Below, piece after piece: positions 63,172 to 64,000 of a stretch of 64,000 bases of DNA. Under the pieces are notes generated by a model that ran no database searches, was not told the DNA's origin, and worked only from the letters and a program-made list of their open reading frames with translations. Origin of the DNA: Octopus sinensis (Eukaryota); NCBI RefSeq assembly GCF_006345805.1, contig NC_043000.1, positions 142,352,001 to 142,416,000 on the forward strand, in the 5' to 3' direction. A program made the translations under genes and the position numbers. Position 1 is the stretch's first letter; every line of letters starts with the position of its first letter.

Positions 63172-64000
63172 TATGCGAGGTTTTTTATCCTGCTTTCATT
63201 TTTCAAAATTTAGATAAAGTAAGTTCGTTTTTAATCTAAACTATACTCACTTTCAATTTCTACAATGCTCTTCCATCTATCTGACAGAGCTGCAGGGCTT
63301 CTCTTCCTAAATTCACTTGTCAGTGACTAAAAATACTCCTCCACTACTGTTCTTCCAAATGGTCTTGATGACTGTGCAATAAATGATAATGATGGGGCAA
63401 TGTCCGGCGAATATGGTGGGTGGAGAATCGTTTCCCCTTGAAACTGCTCCAGTCTTTGGAATGTTATCCTCGCCGTATGCAGCAGTGCATTATCCTGATG
63501 GAAAAACACCTTTCTTCTTGAAACCAACGATAGTCGTTTTTCTTCTAGCGCTGAGTTAAGCCGCTAAGGCTACTCGTAGTAGATCTCCTTTGTTATCGTT
63601 TGGTTTGCGTTTAAACGTTGAAAGTGGACTACACCTTTCATACCCCACCAAACAAATAACAACACCTTACGTAGGTGAATACCTTCCTTAACTTGGGGTG
63701 TCGGTGTTTCTCTTTTTCCTATCCACTATCTTCGGCGCTTGACATTTTCATAGAGAACCCCTTTCTCACCACCAGTCACTATTCGGTCCCCAAAAGGTTC
63801 ATTCGTGAGATGTGACAGCGAAAAAGAGCACACATTTAGTGTCGGCACGTGATTAGACTCGGAAAGTTTGTGAGGAGACCATTGAACCAATTTGCTGACT
63901 TTTCCGATGGCACGCAGGAGTTGATGAATGGTTGAATGACCAAATCCAAGCTTCTCTGCTAGTTCATCAACAGTTATCATGGGATTTTGTTTCAGGGCGT
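63172..64000 (-). mobile_element. mariner-family transposase pseudogene (runs off the window end)
   Basis: ITVDELAEKL..HSTIHQLL..QWSPHKL, DRIVTGGEKGVLYEN, FHQDNA..H, HPPYSPDIAPS. Confidence 0.88.

Overview
AT-rich eukaryotic (animal) DNA dominated by microsatellites ((TA)n, (CA)n, (TAA)n, (CTT)n) and interspersed repeats. The SINE families and repeat density resemble Octopus (from recall, not a database search). No confident host protein-coding gene is visible, and most supplied ORFs are microsatellite artefacts. Recognisable content: about nine fragments of RLE-type (R4/Dong-like) non-LTR retrotransposons, several sitting in (TAA)n arrays; Tc1 and mariner transposase relics; an RTE LINE relic; several tRNA-derived SINE families; and a Penelope-like element (PLE) RT relic between long inverted repeats. 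The most interesting signal is RNA-level. A ~555-bp tandem array (about 4 units, 47.2-49.6 kb) carries a type I hammerhead-ribozyme fold in each unit (CUGAUGA...GAAAC-GUAC-GUU, palindromic stem III), with an inverted partial unit at its 5' end. This is the architecture expected of a PLE pseudo-LTR concatemer or retrozyme that could yield circular RNA. Several other unrelated minimal hammerhead-like motifs occur (19.7, 22.1, 46.3 kb, and a CUGUCGA-core family at 12.2 and 57-58 kb). All ribozyme calls are hand-folded and untested.
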